From Mayamaea pseudoterrestris (taxonomy: Eukaryota): a stretch of DNA of 64,000 nt. A model generated the notes under the pieces. The model had not been told where the DNA came from, made no database searches, and was given only the letters and a program-made list of their open reading frames with translations. Location: the NCBI GenBank assembly GCA_027923505.1, contig BROI01000002.1, positions 1,364,001-1,428,000 of the forward strand, in the 5' to 3' direction. The position numbers and the translations under genes are program-made. This document shows positions 44,946 through 58,867 of the stretch, piece by piece; the stretch's first letter is position 1, and the number at the start of each line of letters is the position of its first letter.

Positions 44946-46267
44946 CTACCGACTCTCCGGCTTGGTTTCGATATCGTTCGCCTCATCCGCTTCGTAAATG
45001 ATTCGATTCAACTCCTCGGCGATAGCATTACCCATCACTTCCATACCTTGTTCCGTTGGATGCACAAAGTCTCGCATCAAACCTGGTATAATCTCCTGCG
45101 TCTGCTGTTTGTAGTGGTCGTTACCCATGCTTCCCAAGAACAAGTTTGCCGCATCAAAGTATATGAAATGCTTGTGCTTTTCGCAAAAGAGAGCCAACTC
45201 TCTATTAATGCGAACAATCGACGGCCACAGTAGAAACTCGTTGCGTGCCGCCTTGCGCGTATATTCCTCCGTGTGCGTCCGCCGAAAGAGCGAATGCACC
45301 GACGACCGTTCACTCAAACTGCCATCGGGTCGATTGGATCTTGGCAAAATACCTTGAATCACGACAATATCATCAGGATGTTGGTAACTAACTTCTTCCG
45401 CAGTTCGTAGAATGGCCAAGACGGTGGCTTCCTCGGAACATTCACCTCGCGCCAAATCGTTGGTGCCAATGAGTAGCCACCACACTTTGCTCGTCAAACC
45501 ACTGGGAAGCTCGCCGTGCTGCATGCGCCAAAGCAAGTTGGATGTCTGTATGCAGAACACAAAGTTTTAAAGATGTGTAGTCAGAAGACAAGTCAGTGGA
45601 CTGCCACCCTTGCAGCCAAGAGTAAACGCACCGAGTCACCCGATATTCCAAGCGCCAAACCTTCATACTGTCCGCCACCTTTCTTCGTAAACGTCTTTTC
45701 AAAATACTCCTTGATCATTGGTCCATTTGGATTCAAGGTAACAGGCAAGTTCATGAGCCTTCCATTCCAAACCTCCGTCACTTCATCACCAAGAAAAACA
45801 ACGTCCAAATCCTTGAATCGACTCTCATAGGCCAACACTTTGTTTGCTTCATGCGCTTGAGCCCACCCCTTCATTTCCGTCCGCGACACCGGATCGGTAA
45901 AGTCGTCGCACTTGCAGTCATCGTCGCCGCCAAAGAGGCACCAGTGGTCCATTTTGGCGGCGCGAAAGTTGTAGTGCGCGTCAATGGCGCTGTAGTCGTG
46001 CGACAGCTTGTGGCGGCGGTCGCGATGTGATGGCGATATTTCCACCAGTATTAATGTGAACATTAACAGAGTAGCGAAACATATGAATGCGGAGATTGCT
46101 GGATAGGCTTCCATGTAGAGTTTGAGTAGAGAGCAGCCAGTTTGGCACTTGTTGGATGCTGCGTAGTGAGATGATCGAACCGCTCGAGCAGCACTTGCTG
46201 CTGGACGAGGATGAAGCTCCTCCATTTCCAACGGGTCCATAGTACTAGATGCTGCTGCAAACGACAT
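44946..46267 (-). CDS. Type II membrane SGNH/GDSL-fold protein (PAF-acetylhydrolase-like); intron 45546..45631
   Basis: 'VVFLGDEVTE.W', 'GISGDS|TSNLLWR', 'LIGTNDL', 'DFVHP'. Confidence 0.85.
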
Positions 46268-46608
46268 TTTGCAGGTAAAGTCTTCAGTCCTTAAGCTGAC
46301 TGTCGTATCTACGTGACTGTAGTAGTCGGTGATCAAAAGGCTCGAGTTGTGCCAATTCGTCGCTTCGATGCTGCAGCGAAACCGGCCCGCATCGTTCCGG
46401 TACTCGAGTACCGGTGCGATAAGCTGCGTGTCCGAAGCTTGCATTCGAGCTCACAATGGGCTACAGGAGCGTCCGGTAAAATGACTTTTCGTCAAAAAAT
46501 GTCATACTGGCACTCAAGTTTCCGTTAAAGCTTCGAATATCCGTTGAAAGCCATGCCGGCGCGGCGCGCCAGCCCGTCCAGCTGTTTCGGAGTCTGCGAT
46601 TTGCTACT

Positions 46609-46718
46609 TTCAGACAATGTCTGAAAGTATCTTTCTGATTCAGACTATGTCTGAAAGTATCTTTCTGATTCAGACAATGTCTGAAAGTATCTTTCTGAAT
46701 CAGACAATGTCTGAAAGT
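46609..46718. repeat. Tandem 30-bp repeat TTCAGACAATGTCTGAAAGTATCTTTCTGA (~3.5 copies)
   Basis: Directly visible; each unit holds the palindrome TTCAGACA-A-TGTCTGAA. Confidence 0.9.
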
Positions 46719-47319
46719 AAGCTACTATCACGTTTAAAGTACTTTTTGCAGATTCAGTAAATATCAATAGTCACTACAGTCATTTATCATGCGCAGCCAT
46801 CCACGACGGTGAACTTTAGGCCTTCGACAACGCTCGTTGCCGTGCAAACGCTTACAAGCACTACCACTGTCAACTCAAGCTACAAAAAGCCAATTCTAAT
46901 AATTTCACCTTCAAAATAGACTAAATAAAATATGGCGATTGGATCTGTCAAGTTGGTTTGGTCGTGAGGGGCCTGTGGAGCTCGCGACGACACGATTTGT
47001 GTTCATGGGGCGCCAGGCGCCAGTTCCGCTTCATGCAGCCAACAGATCGTCCTTTTCCTGGGAAATCTTTACTATATTGCCAGGTTCCATGTGATTGAGC
47101 AAGCTTCTTGACACGAAATGCATTTATAACATGTAATGCAACAAGCTGTATGGCTGGTCAGTGCTTGTTGAAGGTGCCATGGTCGTCGTCGTCGAAAACT
47201 TGGTTGGCGGCAGTCATACCATCGAGACATTTTACAGGAAACAGCTGCCTCCACGACCAATCATGAGCCTCAAAAATATCATTGAGTTCGTTTTTTAGTC
47301 GCAGGCTTAATTAGCCAAA

Positions 47320-47420
47320 ATCTGAAAGTATCTTTCATTTTCAGACAGTGTCTGAAAGTACATTTCTTATTAAGCCAATGTCTGAAAGTATCTTTCTGAT
47401 TCAGACAACGTCTGAAAGTA
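47320..47420. repeat. Second block of the same 30-bp repeat, more degenerate
   Basis: TCTGAAAGTA recurs at 30-bp spacing four times. Confidence 0.85.
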
Positions 47421-47961
47421 ATTTTGGTGATCCGTTGGCGCGCAAGCATAGCCTGGATTTGCACGCGCGCATTTTCGCCAATCAAATCTTATCCACGACT
47501 AAAAATTAGAAACGGTGCGACATTTTTTGGCGAAAATGACGTTTTACCGGACGCTCCAGAACCTACCGGTATATAGCAAGCATACAATTCGTCAATCGCA
47601 ATCTAAATGAGAGTGTGCACGTACGACGCAGCTATAAAGCTGACTCTCACACGCCGTCAAGTCGTAGCTATAGGGACAAACCATTGAATATAGCTGAAGA
47701 AAGTCGTTGCAACGCGTCGCTACCGTAGTTGGCTACCGGTACAGTACCGGTACATGGCCATAAATCTAAAAAGCCATCTCTCGGAATCGCATTATAGATA
47801 GTATAATGGTGCTGCTCCGATTCCGTTTATTGCTTTCTATCTGCTGTATGGAGAGCGGTACATCAGCAAATGCTGTTGTGCATTTCGGAGGAACAATACC
47901 AATTGGCAATTACCGATGCTTGGCAGTGTAAGTAAAAGGACCAAAGTATAAACACCATCCA

Positions 47962-48900
47962 TCACTTGTACGCCGCGATGAATACAAGTCTGTCTTCAAA
48001 GTGGATACATCCATTGTCATCCAGACGCTCCACTTCCGATTCGGCAATGAGTTTGCAAGCCTCTTGTAACTCTTGATCCGAAAAGTTGGAGAATGTACTC
48101 CAAAAGCGTTGCTTGATCATGCCCAGCCACCGATCCAGTGGAATGGAGCAGGGATATCCGTGGACGGACTGCTCCACCTTGGCGAAACCGGCAGTTACAA
48201 GCTCCTGCGTTAATAGTTCCGACGATGGTTGGTTCTTGGCCCACACATGTTTCGCTTCCGGCCATAGTGGATAGTCAATGTCTACTTGAGGCCGCGTAAT
48301 AACGAGTAGACTAGGCAAGTTGTTTTCGTTGCTGCTGCTGTCAGCTAGTGGATGCAAGCCTTGATATAGTCCGCGAAAAATCTCGATGCGATGGTCGGCA
48401 CTGTCAATGTGATGAATGACTTCCTTGAGCAAGACTTGGTGGTAGTTGCGCCTCCACCAGTAGTCGTTTTCGTTGGCCTTTTGCATGAATGTTTCGGCTG
48501 GTGCGCAGACAAACTCAAGCTGCTTACTAGTGCCTTCGCTGCTTTTAGCTTTTTCATCGGCAGCCGCCAAGAAGGGATCAACGACAATAGCCCTCGTTTG
48601 GGTGTCTTGTATAATCATTTTGGTAAAATTACCAGTTCCTCCACCAACATCCAACAATGTTCGCCGCAGGGGTTCCTGATGCAGTCCAAGCCGGTCTTGA
48701 ACCAATTTCGTAAGGTAGTTGGTGTAGGCTCCAGGTTCATAAAAGTAGGCATTTTCGTAGCTGTCGGTGGAGTGGGCTTCGTAGTGAGCCTTTGTTTGAA
48801 AACTACGACTTTTCATGCTGTTTAACGTAGTCAAGCCGAAAAGTTTATTACAGCTGGTAGCGAGCCGTCGTTGACTAAAGATGAGACGGCCAATGTTCAT
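47962..48900 (-). CDS. Class I SAM-dependent methyltransferase, possible mitochondrial presequence
   Basis: 'LLDVGGGTGNF', 'LLKEVIHH'. Confidence 0.85.
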   Translation of the reverse strand: MNIGRLIFSQRRLATSCNKLFGLTTLNSMKSRSFQTKAHYEAHSTDSYENAYFYEPGAYTNYLTKLVQDRLGLHQEPLRRTLLDVGGGTGNFTKMIIQDTQTRAIVVDPFLAAADEKAKSSEGTSKQLEFVCAPAETFMQKANENDYWWRRNYHQVLLKEVIHHIDSADHRIEIFRGLYQGLHPLADSSSNENNLPSLLVITRPQVDIDYPLWPEAKHVWAKNQPSSELLTQELVTAGFAKVEQSVHGYPCSIPLDRWLGMIKQRFWSTFSNFSDQELQEACKLIAESEVERLDDNGCIHFEDRLVFIAAYK

Positions 48901-49024
48901 GGTGATGGCGAAGTTTCGAAATGACGGATGTGCATGCGTCCGTTTCGTCACGCCCGTTGGGTAACGCTACGACAAGTGTGACAGCCCGCGACGAGGAAAG
49001 CAAGCTTCTTCACACACATCAACC

Positions 49025-49705
49025 ATGAGACGAATCGTCGCTCGACAAGTGACTTCTCTTCACCATCATTATGCATGTTCATCTTTTCAAGGATCTCCTG
49101 CACATATAAATAGCAGGCGACCAGCTAACAAAAACTTGATTCGACCGTTCACAGCCGCGCGTAATGACGCAGCAGAACCGTCGTCGCAGCCTCGCACGAG
49201 CAGCAGAATCGACCCCACCGCCAAGCGACCAACCCAAAAGTGCGATCCCTACGGTCAAGGAGGTAAACCAATGTCAAGAGCGGAAGCAGAATCTTTCATG
49301 ACAACAATTAGCAGCGACTGGAAGCTCCAATTTGACAAAGATGTTCCCGTCGCCATCCATCGCAACTTTGTGCATGACGACTATATGAGCGGCGCAAAAT
49401 TCCTGCACAAGGTGGCGGCGATTGCGCAAGTCAATGCTCACTATCCAAGCCTTTCGCTGGATCGGCGCATTCATAAAAATTCGTGGAACGTCGTTTCTAG
49501 TGTTCAGTGCCATACGCAAGTGCTGCAAGGATTATCGGCGAATGATTTTCACTTGGCCATGGTATGTTGCCACAAGCAATTGCACAAGAAAAGACATGTA
49601 GAAACTTAGCTATCTCATCTTTTGCCTTGATATTCGCAGCTCATTGACGTGGAAGTGACTCGGCCTGAAACGCAGGGGTTATTGCTTCTGTCAGAAGAAG
49701 CTTAG
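49025..49705 (+). CDS. Pterin-4-alpha-carbinolamine dehydratase-like, mitochondrial presequence; intron 49562..49639
   Basis: 'KVAAIAQVNAHYP..HT..QGLSANDFHLAM|LID'. Confidence 0.85.
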
Positions 49706-49931
49706 AGCGTAGCAGCATACCAATACCTTCGTTCCATGGGCTGCTGCAAAGTTTTTGCGAACAGATCGACGTAGCGTACAATGGTAAACAACGAGAGATG
49801 TACAATAACGCAACTACAGGTATCGAAACGGGAAACGGAGGGTACTATAGCTTCTACCGATAGTTTTTGTGCATAACTTTACTGTTTGGTGCATAAACTT
49901 GACTTATATGACAGATACAAAACTTAAAAAT

Positions 49932-51281
49932 TTATCGACCTTGTTGTTTCGAATGAACAACATAGCCACAGTACTGTCTTGGATTGCATTGGTATGACCA
50001 GTATGGGCTATTGTTTTGGACAGCCCAGTACTGCTCCGCAATACTGTCGCAGCTATTGCACAAGTACTCGCGACGCTTCGTGAGACGCAGCGGCGTCTGC
50101 TCCTGTATTTCTCCAATGACGGCAAAGACAATGTAGTTGTTCCGTAGCCATTCCTTCTCCTCGCCGGCGTTGATCACCTCCAGTAGAGTCTCGTTGACGA
50201 AGTGATCGAGATCAAGTATCTTGACGTGGCTCATGGCGCTACCCATCTTTTGCGGAAGCTGAAACACTTGCTGCCGGTAGTTCATGTCAACTTCGTCACT
50301 CGAAAATAGAAACGTAATGGATTCTGACAAGGACGACGTGTTTTGCAGGGAGCAGTCCAAGTACTTTTGGAGCGCGTCCAAGGAAGTGTCGCAAAACACT
50401 GCCGCATCACCACGCCGAATATGCATCGTTCCAAAGAGACTGTTTTCTCCAGCCACCTTTTTAATCTTGATCCACACCTTTTCAGCAATGCGCTTGACCG
50501 TGGCAGAGAACTCACTCTTGACATAGTCGCAACCAGGAACATGATAGGGCAACCGACTGGAACGTATCTGCAGCTGCGCTTCCTCCTGCGTGCGATTAGC
50601 CCGCGCGTCCAATATCGCCATGATGCTTCGAAACCACGCAAAGAGTCGCTTGGGACATTGAATCGTCCAGACAAAGCCTTGCTGGTGCTCGAGAGGCTGC
50701 TGCTGCATGTTGCGCCAAAATTGTACGATTTGGTCATAGTCGGCCGTCGTGTCGGAGCATGTGGCGTCTCCCTCGCTCCGTTTGAAGAATGTTGCATTCT
50801 GCACAAACGGATTGCCGGCGTCGAACATTGACAGGTTAAAATAGGTATAGAGCGCCTGAGAATGGTCGTCCAAATGCGATATATTAAAGAATTCGCTCCA
50901 GGGCAGCGACTCATCGACTGGCGGATACTGCTCATTGTGGTAGGGTTTCATCATGATTGTAGGATGCGCCACGTAAACATTGGCACATAGTGAGCTTCCA
51001 ATGTTGGTCAGAATATCGAACACGTACTGCCGATCAATCAAACCACCATGGAAAATGGGAGGAATGACGATTTTGTTGATGTATCCACTCGGACAGTGAT
51101 TCGTGTAGCAGTGCTTGACTTTTGGCGGCGGCTCCATGTAAAGGTCCATCTTGGCAATGACATTGTAAAAGTCTTGGAACGAGCTGCTTTGTTGAAGCGT
51201 CCACATGCGATAAATTTCCATGGCAAGCATGCCGAGGCTCCAAATCAACCATTTCGTTCGACGATCGACTGGAATGATCAT
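49932..51281 (-). CDS. Type II membrane glycosyltransferase-like (O-fucosyltransferase-like) protein
   Basis: N-terminal TM; 'GGLIDR', 'TMHIRRGD', 'FSSDE' resemble GT-B fucosyltransferase motifs. Confidence 0.6.
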   Translation of the reverse strand: MIIPVDRRTKWLIWSLGMLAMEIYRMWTLQQSSSFQDFYNVIAKMDLYMEPPPKVKHCYTNHCPSGYINKIVIPPIFHGGLIDRQYVFDILTNIGSSLCANVYVAHPTIMMKPYHNEQYPPVDESLPWSEFFNISHLDDHSQALYTYFNLSMFDAGNPFVQNATFFKRSEGDATCSDTTADYDQIVQFWRNMQQQPLEHQQGFVWTIQCPKRLFAWFRSIMAILDARANRTQEEAQLQIRSSRLPYHVPGCDYVKSEFSATVKRIAEKVWIKIKKVAGENSLFGTMHIRRGDAAVFCDTSLDALQKYLDCSLQNTSSLSESITFLFSSDEVDMNYRQQVFQLPQKMGSAMSHVKILDLDHFVNETLLEVINAGEEKEWLRNNYIVFAVIGEIQEQTPLRLTKRREYLCNSCDSIAEQYWAVQNNSPYWSYQCNPRQYCGYVVHSKQQGR

Positions 51282-51900
51282 AGTGCGGCAAGCAACAGGT
51301 CAGTTAGAGACAAAAAGGTATCGGCAGGCAGACAAAGAGTCGTAAATGTGATTAAGTTCGTCAAGCAGTTTGCTTTAAGCGTTCAAAGCCTTTTTGGATT
51401 CCTTGCGACTGAAAAATGTGCCGCCTCGTCGAAAACGTCGCGCACTCCGTTGGTCGTCACCGCGCTTGTTTCGGTCACGCATGGAGTCATTGGCCAAGAA
51501 GGCTATTGCGGACTGAATTTGAAATGACCATTTAGGCAATTGCAAATGGAGTATTGACTATGACTTATAAATTATCTGGCTCGCGTGGCCAGTCGTGTAA
51601 AATAAGATGGCCCCGCAACCAAAACGTCCGTTTCACAATCAATTTCCACAACTCCTTGGAATGACTTGCTCCAAGCGTACTAGCGAAATTTGAAAGCTTT
51701 ACAATAGATTGCAAGCTTGTGTCTATGATGCAATTCACTCGCTAGCTTTCCACAATTTGTGCGTACTCTTCGCCGGCTGCTCTACTTTTTTGCTTGAGGT
51801 GACGACAATACTACACCTGCTCTTCAGCGCAACTCATTTACGAGTATGCAAATCCAATTTACATGATTACAGTGATCAATAATACATTCATGCCTATTAG

Positions 51901-53325
<1,425 letters not shown>

Positions 53326-53849
53326 TATATTTGCTGGAATGTGTTGACGGTGTTATGCGTCGCTGGCGATGCATGAAGCCGGAGAAAATGCCATTGCCTG
53401 CGTTGACGTGCAAGGTAGCGATGACTGTACGTAGAGCTTCCTCCATTACTCATTGTGTGAGACATGTTTGACGGTGAATGCTTTCACTGTGAGAGCTCAA
53501 AGTCTGGACTTATTCGAAGAAAGATATGACATGAGCATGGGCATGTGCACAGGAATCAGTGAGCTCGCTGTCGTCGGGCGGCGACCATCCTGCCGGATAG
53601 ATTTTAAACAAGCGGACACTTTGGAAACGTAAGGGTGCTGTCAAGCACGACCCTGCTTTTGTCGTCGCCTCGATACACCGTATAATGTAATTTTTCTAGG
53701 ACATTTGGCCTGATTATGCTTCCAGAAACAACGCCGAAACTGCGAAATCGAAACTTATCTACCGATACATATGAAAGTCCACTGAGTGTCGTAAAAAACA
53801 TTAACAGCACTTCTTTACGACCAGTGTTTGATATATGGCGGCGATTAAT

Positions 53850-55522
53850 TTAACCTTTCACCACCGCAATCGGTCTCAGCTTGACCACCTTTTTCGATAT
53901 ACCAGCCTGTTCACACGTATCCACTACGTTGACTACATTCTTGTACGACTCGGGAGCTTCTTCAGTGATGAGCTTCGGACTAGCGACACGGATAGCAATG
54001 CCCTTTGCTTTCAGCCCAGCCAGTACCTCCTCGTGGTTTAAAGTTCGTCGACTAGCGTTGCGGCTCAACGCTCGACCAGCACCATGACTGCAAAAGAAGA
54101 AGTATGAGAGAGCGAGTAGGCAAGAAACCGATACAGAGGTCGTCCGTCTTTCACGCATTCGCTGCATGCACAAACTTACCATGTCGAGCCGAATGTTTCG
54201 CACATTCCTGCGCATGTTCCTGTCAAGACGTACGAGCAAGTGCCCATGGTTCCACCAATAAGTACTGGCTGGCCTGTAAATTGGTAACTCACAGGTATCA
54301 AGGGATGATGCGGTGGAAACGCTCGTGTTGAGCCCTTTCGATGCACAAGAAGTGTCTTGATCTCTGAATCAACTTCATGCTGCTCAACCTTGGCAATGTT
54401 ATGCGAAACGTCGTAGACCAAATGCATATCGAGCTCTTCTGGTGTCTTTTTGAATATTTCGGAAAAGGCTCGTCGAGCCAAGTACGTGAGGCAGGATCGA
54501 TTCGCCCATGCAAAGTTTGCGGCGCACGCCATGGCGGCAAGGTAGTCTTGTCCTTCCTTGGACGAAATCTTGGCACTCGCCAGCTGCCTATCATTCAACT
54601 GAATATTGTCGCGAGCAATCGCCGTCTCCATTTCCACAAGCGCATCCGTCGCCACTTGATGCCCCAATCCTCGTGAACCGGAGTGAATCATGATGCAAAC
54701 TTGACCAACCGTTTCAATCCCCATGCGCTTCGCCGCCGCTTCATCATGAATCTCTTCCACCACTTGCACCTCGCAGTAGTGGTTTCCAGCTCCCAGTGTA
54801 CCAAGTTGAGTCAATCCTCGCTTCTTGGCTCGTTTGCTAACCTTGGTCGGGTCGGCGAGCAGCATGCGACCATTCTCCTCGCAGTGGTCGCGATCCTCCG
54901 GCCAAGCGTACCCTTGCTTCAAACAGTAGTCAATACCCGTAAGCAGCACCTCCTCTAATCCTTGACTATCAAGTGGAATCACTCCAGACTGTCCGACTCC
55001 GACCGGAATATTGTCAAACAGTGCTTGACACAAGTCTTCACGCACATTGCCCATGACATCCGCCTCCATCAAGTTGGTTCGAATCAATCGGACGCCGCAG
55101 TTGATATCAAATCCCACGCCTCCCGGACTGACAACCGCGTCCGGATCACTCATATCCATGGCCGCCACATTTCCAATGCAGAATCCATAACCCGAATGCA
55201 CGTCCGGCATGGCGATACTCATCTTGACAATGCCAGGCAGGGCGGCAACGTTGGCCACTTGCTTGAGCGCCGGCAGAAAGCCACCACCCTTTTCGCCACT
55301 GGCCGAGTCTCGCAGCTCCGCCAGCAGCAGTTTCTCCAAAACGTCATCCACCAAGACCATGGCGGGGACGCGCATGTTTGGAACGAATCCCATATTGATC
55401 TTGTAGTGCGTCTTGGAGATTTTCTGCAGGAAATCCAACTCCTCCTCGTAGGTTCGCTTGAAGGGTTTCTTCTGATCGGAGGAGGATGATGTTGATGATG
55501 TTGCTGCTGCGACGAGACTCAT
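53850..55522 (-). CDS. RTCB: RNA-splicing ligase RtcB; intron 54088..54179
   Basis: '[10 protein letters not shown]', '[12 protein letters not shown]', '[11 protein letters not shown]', 'HSGSRGLGH', 'YDVSHNIAK', 'HRKG', 'STC|HGAGR', 'EEAPESYK'. Confidence 0.97.
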
Positions 55523-55758
55523 TATGCTTGCTTGATCTTCAATTTGAAAAACTGATGTGTGATGGAAAGAAAAAAAAATGAGGAGGACGGGCTTCGTTGG
55601 ATGAGGGTCAAAGTCGCACCGATACCGGAAACGAACTACTTGACTTACCGCTACTTGAGCCTGCGACGACTCGGCCATGGACACTGCATCGTTCCATGCA
55701 TCACCGATAGAATAGCCAATAGCTATCACCTACTTACAACAACAACTACCGGAACATC

Positions 55759-56678
55759 ATGACTCGACAATCCGTTTGTCTCTTTGGATTGTCAGCCGAT
55801 CCTCCTACTGGAACCGGCGGTCACGTTGGCATGGTGAAAGCCCTCGTCAAGCATTTTGCCGCCTCCTCCATCAGTAAATCATCATTTCAGACACAAGGCG
55901 AACCAACGAACCAATCAATATACATTCTACCTGTATATCGACACACTTTCAAAAGTAAGCAGAGTCGGTTAACGTCCTTTGAACATCGACTCGCCATGTG
56001 TCGACTGGCGTTTGCAAATGTCATTCCGTCGGCGTCAGCAAACTCCATCCGTGTGCAAGTTTCCGAGGCGGAGCGACTCGCCTTTGAATGGGCCATGCAG
56101 CGAAACAAGTGAGTAACGCATTATTCAGTGAATGAAGGATTTGTCTGGGATATTTAATTAATTCTTTATCACCATTAAGTTTTTCATCTCATCTCTCGAC
56201 ATATTCGACATTTGACAGAACATCATTCGATCAGGAACAAGCAGCAGCATCCTTTGGAACCGCAACCTTGCTGGATTACTTGCGCGAACATGACAACGGC
56301 GGAGCAGCAGCGACAACGGAACGACAATACAGTCTGGCGCTCGGAGCCGACACTTTTTGCGACTTGGTGCAGGGCAAGTGGAAGGAGTCGCAACGAGTGT
56401 TACAGACGGTAGACCATTTCTATGTCTTTGACAGAAAGCAAGGAATAGAGAATGACTCGTCTTTGTCACTGCAGGATTGCTTGCGCAAGGTGGGTGACAA
56501 GGCGACTTTGCTACAAGTTGATTCTTTGCAGGATGTTTCCAGTTCCAAGGCTAGGGAATGCACAAGCATTGATCAGTTGAAAGAAATGGTGCCGGCACCA
56601 GTTGTCGAATACATTCTTAAGCATGGATTGTATGCGATTGGCGAGAAGCAGCATGCATTGACGACAAAAACTACGTGA
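55759..56678 (+). CDS. Nucleotidyltransferase, NadD/NMNAT-like (cytidylyltransferase fold); intron 56109..56218
   Basis: 'LFGLSADPPT..GH', 'FEHRLAMC', 'LGAD..KWK', 'VSSSKAR', 'VVEYI.KHGLY'. Confidence 0.85.
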
Positions 56679-56781
56679 CGAGCTAGCGCGCAAATGATGA
56701 ACCTCTGGCAACTACCTTTCGAAACCACCAAGCAGATGAGCAAACTTGATGGTGGATGCCTCTGCATCAACTCCGACGATT

Positions 56782-57519
56782 CTACTTCATTCCAAACTCT
56801 GTTTTGGCTTCCTCCCACGCTTCCCGCGTCATTCCATGCGGGACGTAATACGTCTTGACGTGCGGCAGCTCGTTTTCAATGCGGACTATGTTCTTGTGGC
56901 GCTCATCATCAAAAAATGCCATATCCGAATACGCAACACCGGTCTTTTCCTGCAATCGCTGCAAATGCTCCTCCTTGTTGGCCTTGTACAGCTCCACCAG
57001 CTCGTCCGGAAAGCACTCGGCAAGAACGGTTCCGTCGTCAACCACCAAGTAATCCAAGCAAATGCGTGCCCAATTTGGCACGTCGGATTTTGACGCTGCA
57101 GCTGCTTGAATGTTACGTCCCTCTCGCTTCCAGCGATTGATTTCAGAAAGAGCAATGGAGCTGTACAAGACGAGTGAAATGCAACGCAGGTTGTGAAAGC
57201 GAGTCATTTTAACGTCGCATCAAGACATTTTGCTACGTACGCTCCTTCAAACACCTGCATGCAAGCATCTTCTCCAATCATTAGAAAGTGCCCCTCCTTG
57301 ATCGTTCGGCCTTCCTTTAAGGCAGTCGGCGAAAGATTTGATGGAGCCGGTTTGAGTTGAGGTGCGGCCGTAAGATCGCACATTTCTGCATTTATGCAAG
57401 ACATTTGCAGGGTTGATAATGCGCAGCAATAATTTTCACTTGTATTAGTCTGCACAGGCATACTTACCTGGCCGCCAAATGGTATGGTCTAAGTCAAAGA
57501 TAACGAGACGCAAAGTCAT
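56782..57519 (-). CDS. MDP1: Magnesium-dependent phosphatase 1 (HAD); introns 57386..57467 and 57161..57240
   Basis: Exon 1 MTLRLVIFDLDHTIWRP; 'AAASKS', 'K..H', 'MAFFDDE..N'; both splices keep frame. Confidence 0.88.
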
Positions 57520-57830
57520 TGTCTAGTTTCTTTTGAATAGTGCAGTCAATTATAGTGGTTGTCCAATGAGTGATATTTCTAGCAACAACCGTTGCGTTTC
57601 TTGTACATACGTCTGTTCGAGAGGGTCTGCCATTGTCGCGATGGAAGTCAATCGGAACCCAAGGATAGATCGCATTTTGGATCATCGTAAAATAGCACAC
57701 TCGCCAATTAACGTTTACTTTTTACCGCACTTACTGGAATCGCTGCACCCTGCCGACTGAACGATTCATCACTCGATCATCGCGTAGTCGTTGGTTCCTT
57801 TTTCGTTTCTATACAACCACTCGCCTGAAC

Positions 57831-58322
57831 ATGCCGCATTCATTCGGAGTCAGGGCGCGTACGCGCGACATGTTCTCAAAGGACTTCCGTAAGAAGGGTC
57901 CTATCCATCTCGGTCAGTACTTGCAGACCTTCAAGCAGGGAGACTTTGTCGACATTTACGCCGATGCGTCGATTCACAAGGGTATGCCGCACAAGGGATA
58001 CCATGGACGCACTGGAATTATCTTTAATGTCACCAAGCGATCCGTTGGCGTTCGAGTGAATAAGCTTGTCAATGGACGCATTATCGAAAAGCGCATTCAC
58101 GTGCGCATTGAGCACGTCCGCAAGTCCAAGTGCCAAAAAGAGATCATCCGACGTATCAAGGAGAACGAAAAGATCAAAGCTGAAGCAGCCAAGACTGGAG
58201 TCAAGGTTAGTTTGAAGCGTCTACCCAAGCAGCCCAAGGAAGGTTACATGCTGTTGAATCCAGGCGGCGACGGAACCGAAATTACTACCATCCAGCCGCT
58301 ACCATTTAGTGATCTTATCTAA
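57831..58322 (+). CDS. RPL21: 60S ribosomal protein L21 (eL21)
   Basis: 'RARTRDMF', '[14 protein letters not shown]', '[10 protein letters not shown]'. Confidence 0.97.
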   Translation: MPHSFGVRARTRDMFSKDFRKKGPIHLGQYLQTFKQGDFVDIYADASIHKGMPHKGYHGRTGIIFNVTKRSVGVRVNKLVNGRIIEKRIHVRIEHVRKSKCQKEIIRRIKENEKIKAEAAKTGVKVSLKRLPKQPKEGYMLLNPGGDGTEITTIQPLPFSDLI

Positions 58323-58867
58323 GGTTCAAATAGTCATTTTGATTATACTATCTGTAACGTCTTTATGAATGCTAAAAGTAGTGCAATCGACGAGCGTCTC
58401 TCGCGCACTTGACTATTCAGCTAGCAGCACACATCATTATTCTTTGCCGCTAACTCCGTAGAACCGTAGAACAAAAGCAGGGGTATTGGACTACCGGTAG
58501 AAATTTATCATTAGAATACTGTAATGCCTATCTTCCTCTTATGCAATACATTTCCCATCCGTGACAGCGTAAATAGCTTAAGCAACATACTCGAGATTGT
58601 TGTCATGAAGCCCTGCAAGACTGTTGCGCCCATCCTTGGTCAGGTACATGGCATGCTCATCCGTCGGAACATCGCACATGAGAACATCGCACATGTATCC
58701 ATTCAATTGCAGTAACTTCTTGTATTTGTACTGCTGCATCTGCATCCTGTCCCTATCGCACCGCTAGCTGTAAGCCATGCTGCTCCACAGTCGCAGCGTG
58801 CGTCGATCCATCCATCCATCATTAGCTGCGGCGTCGCAGCTCATACACATACACACCCGAACATGAC

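Larger units (their letters stand above)
46466..47557. mobile_element. Non-autonomous TIR element (MITE-like), ~1.09 kb
   Basis: Left GGAGCGTCCGGTAAAATGACTTTTCGTCAAAAAATGTC vs reverse complement of right end GGAGCGTCCGGTAAAACGTCATTTTCGCCAAAAAATGTC; no transposase ORF. Confidence 0.8.

Noticed and set aside
46609..47420. CRISPR-like array of palindromic 30-bp repeats
   Set aside because: Units are head-to-tail with no unique spacers, there are no cas genes, the context is eukaryotic, and the repeats lie inside a TIR element
53850..57519. RtcB + nucleotidyltransferase + HAD phosphatase as an RNA-repair operon
   Set aside because: Intron-containing eukaryotic genes in mixed orientation; adjacency is explained by gene density unless conserved synteny is shown
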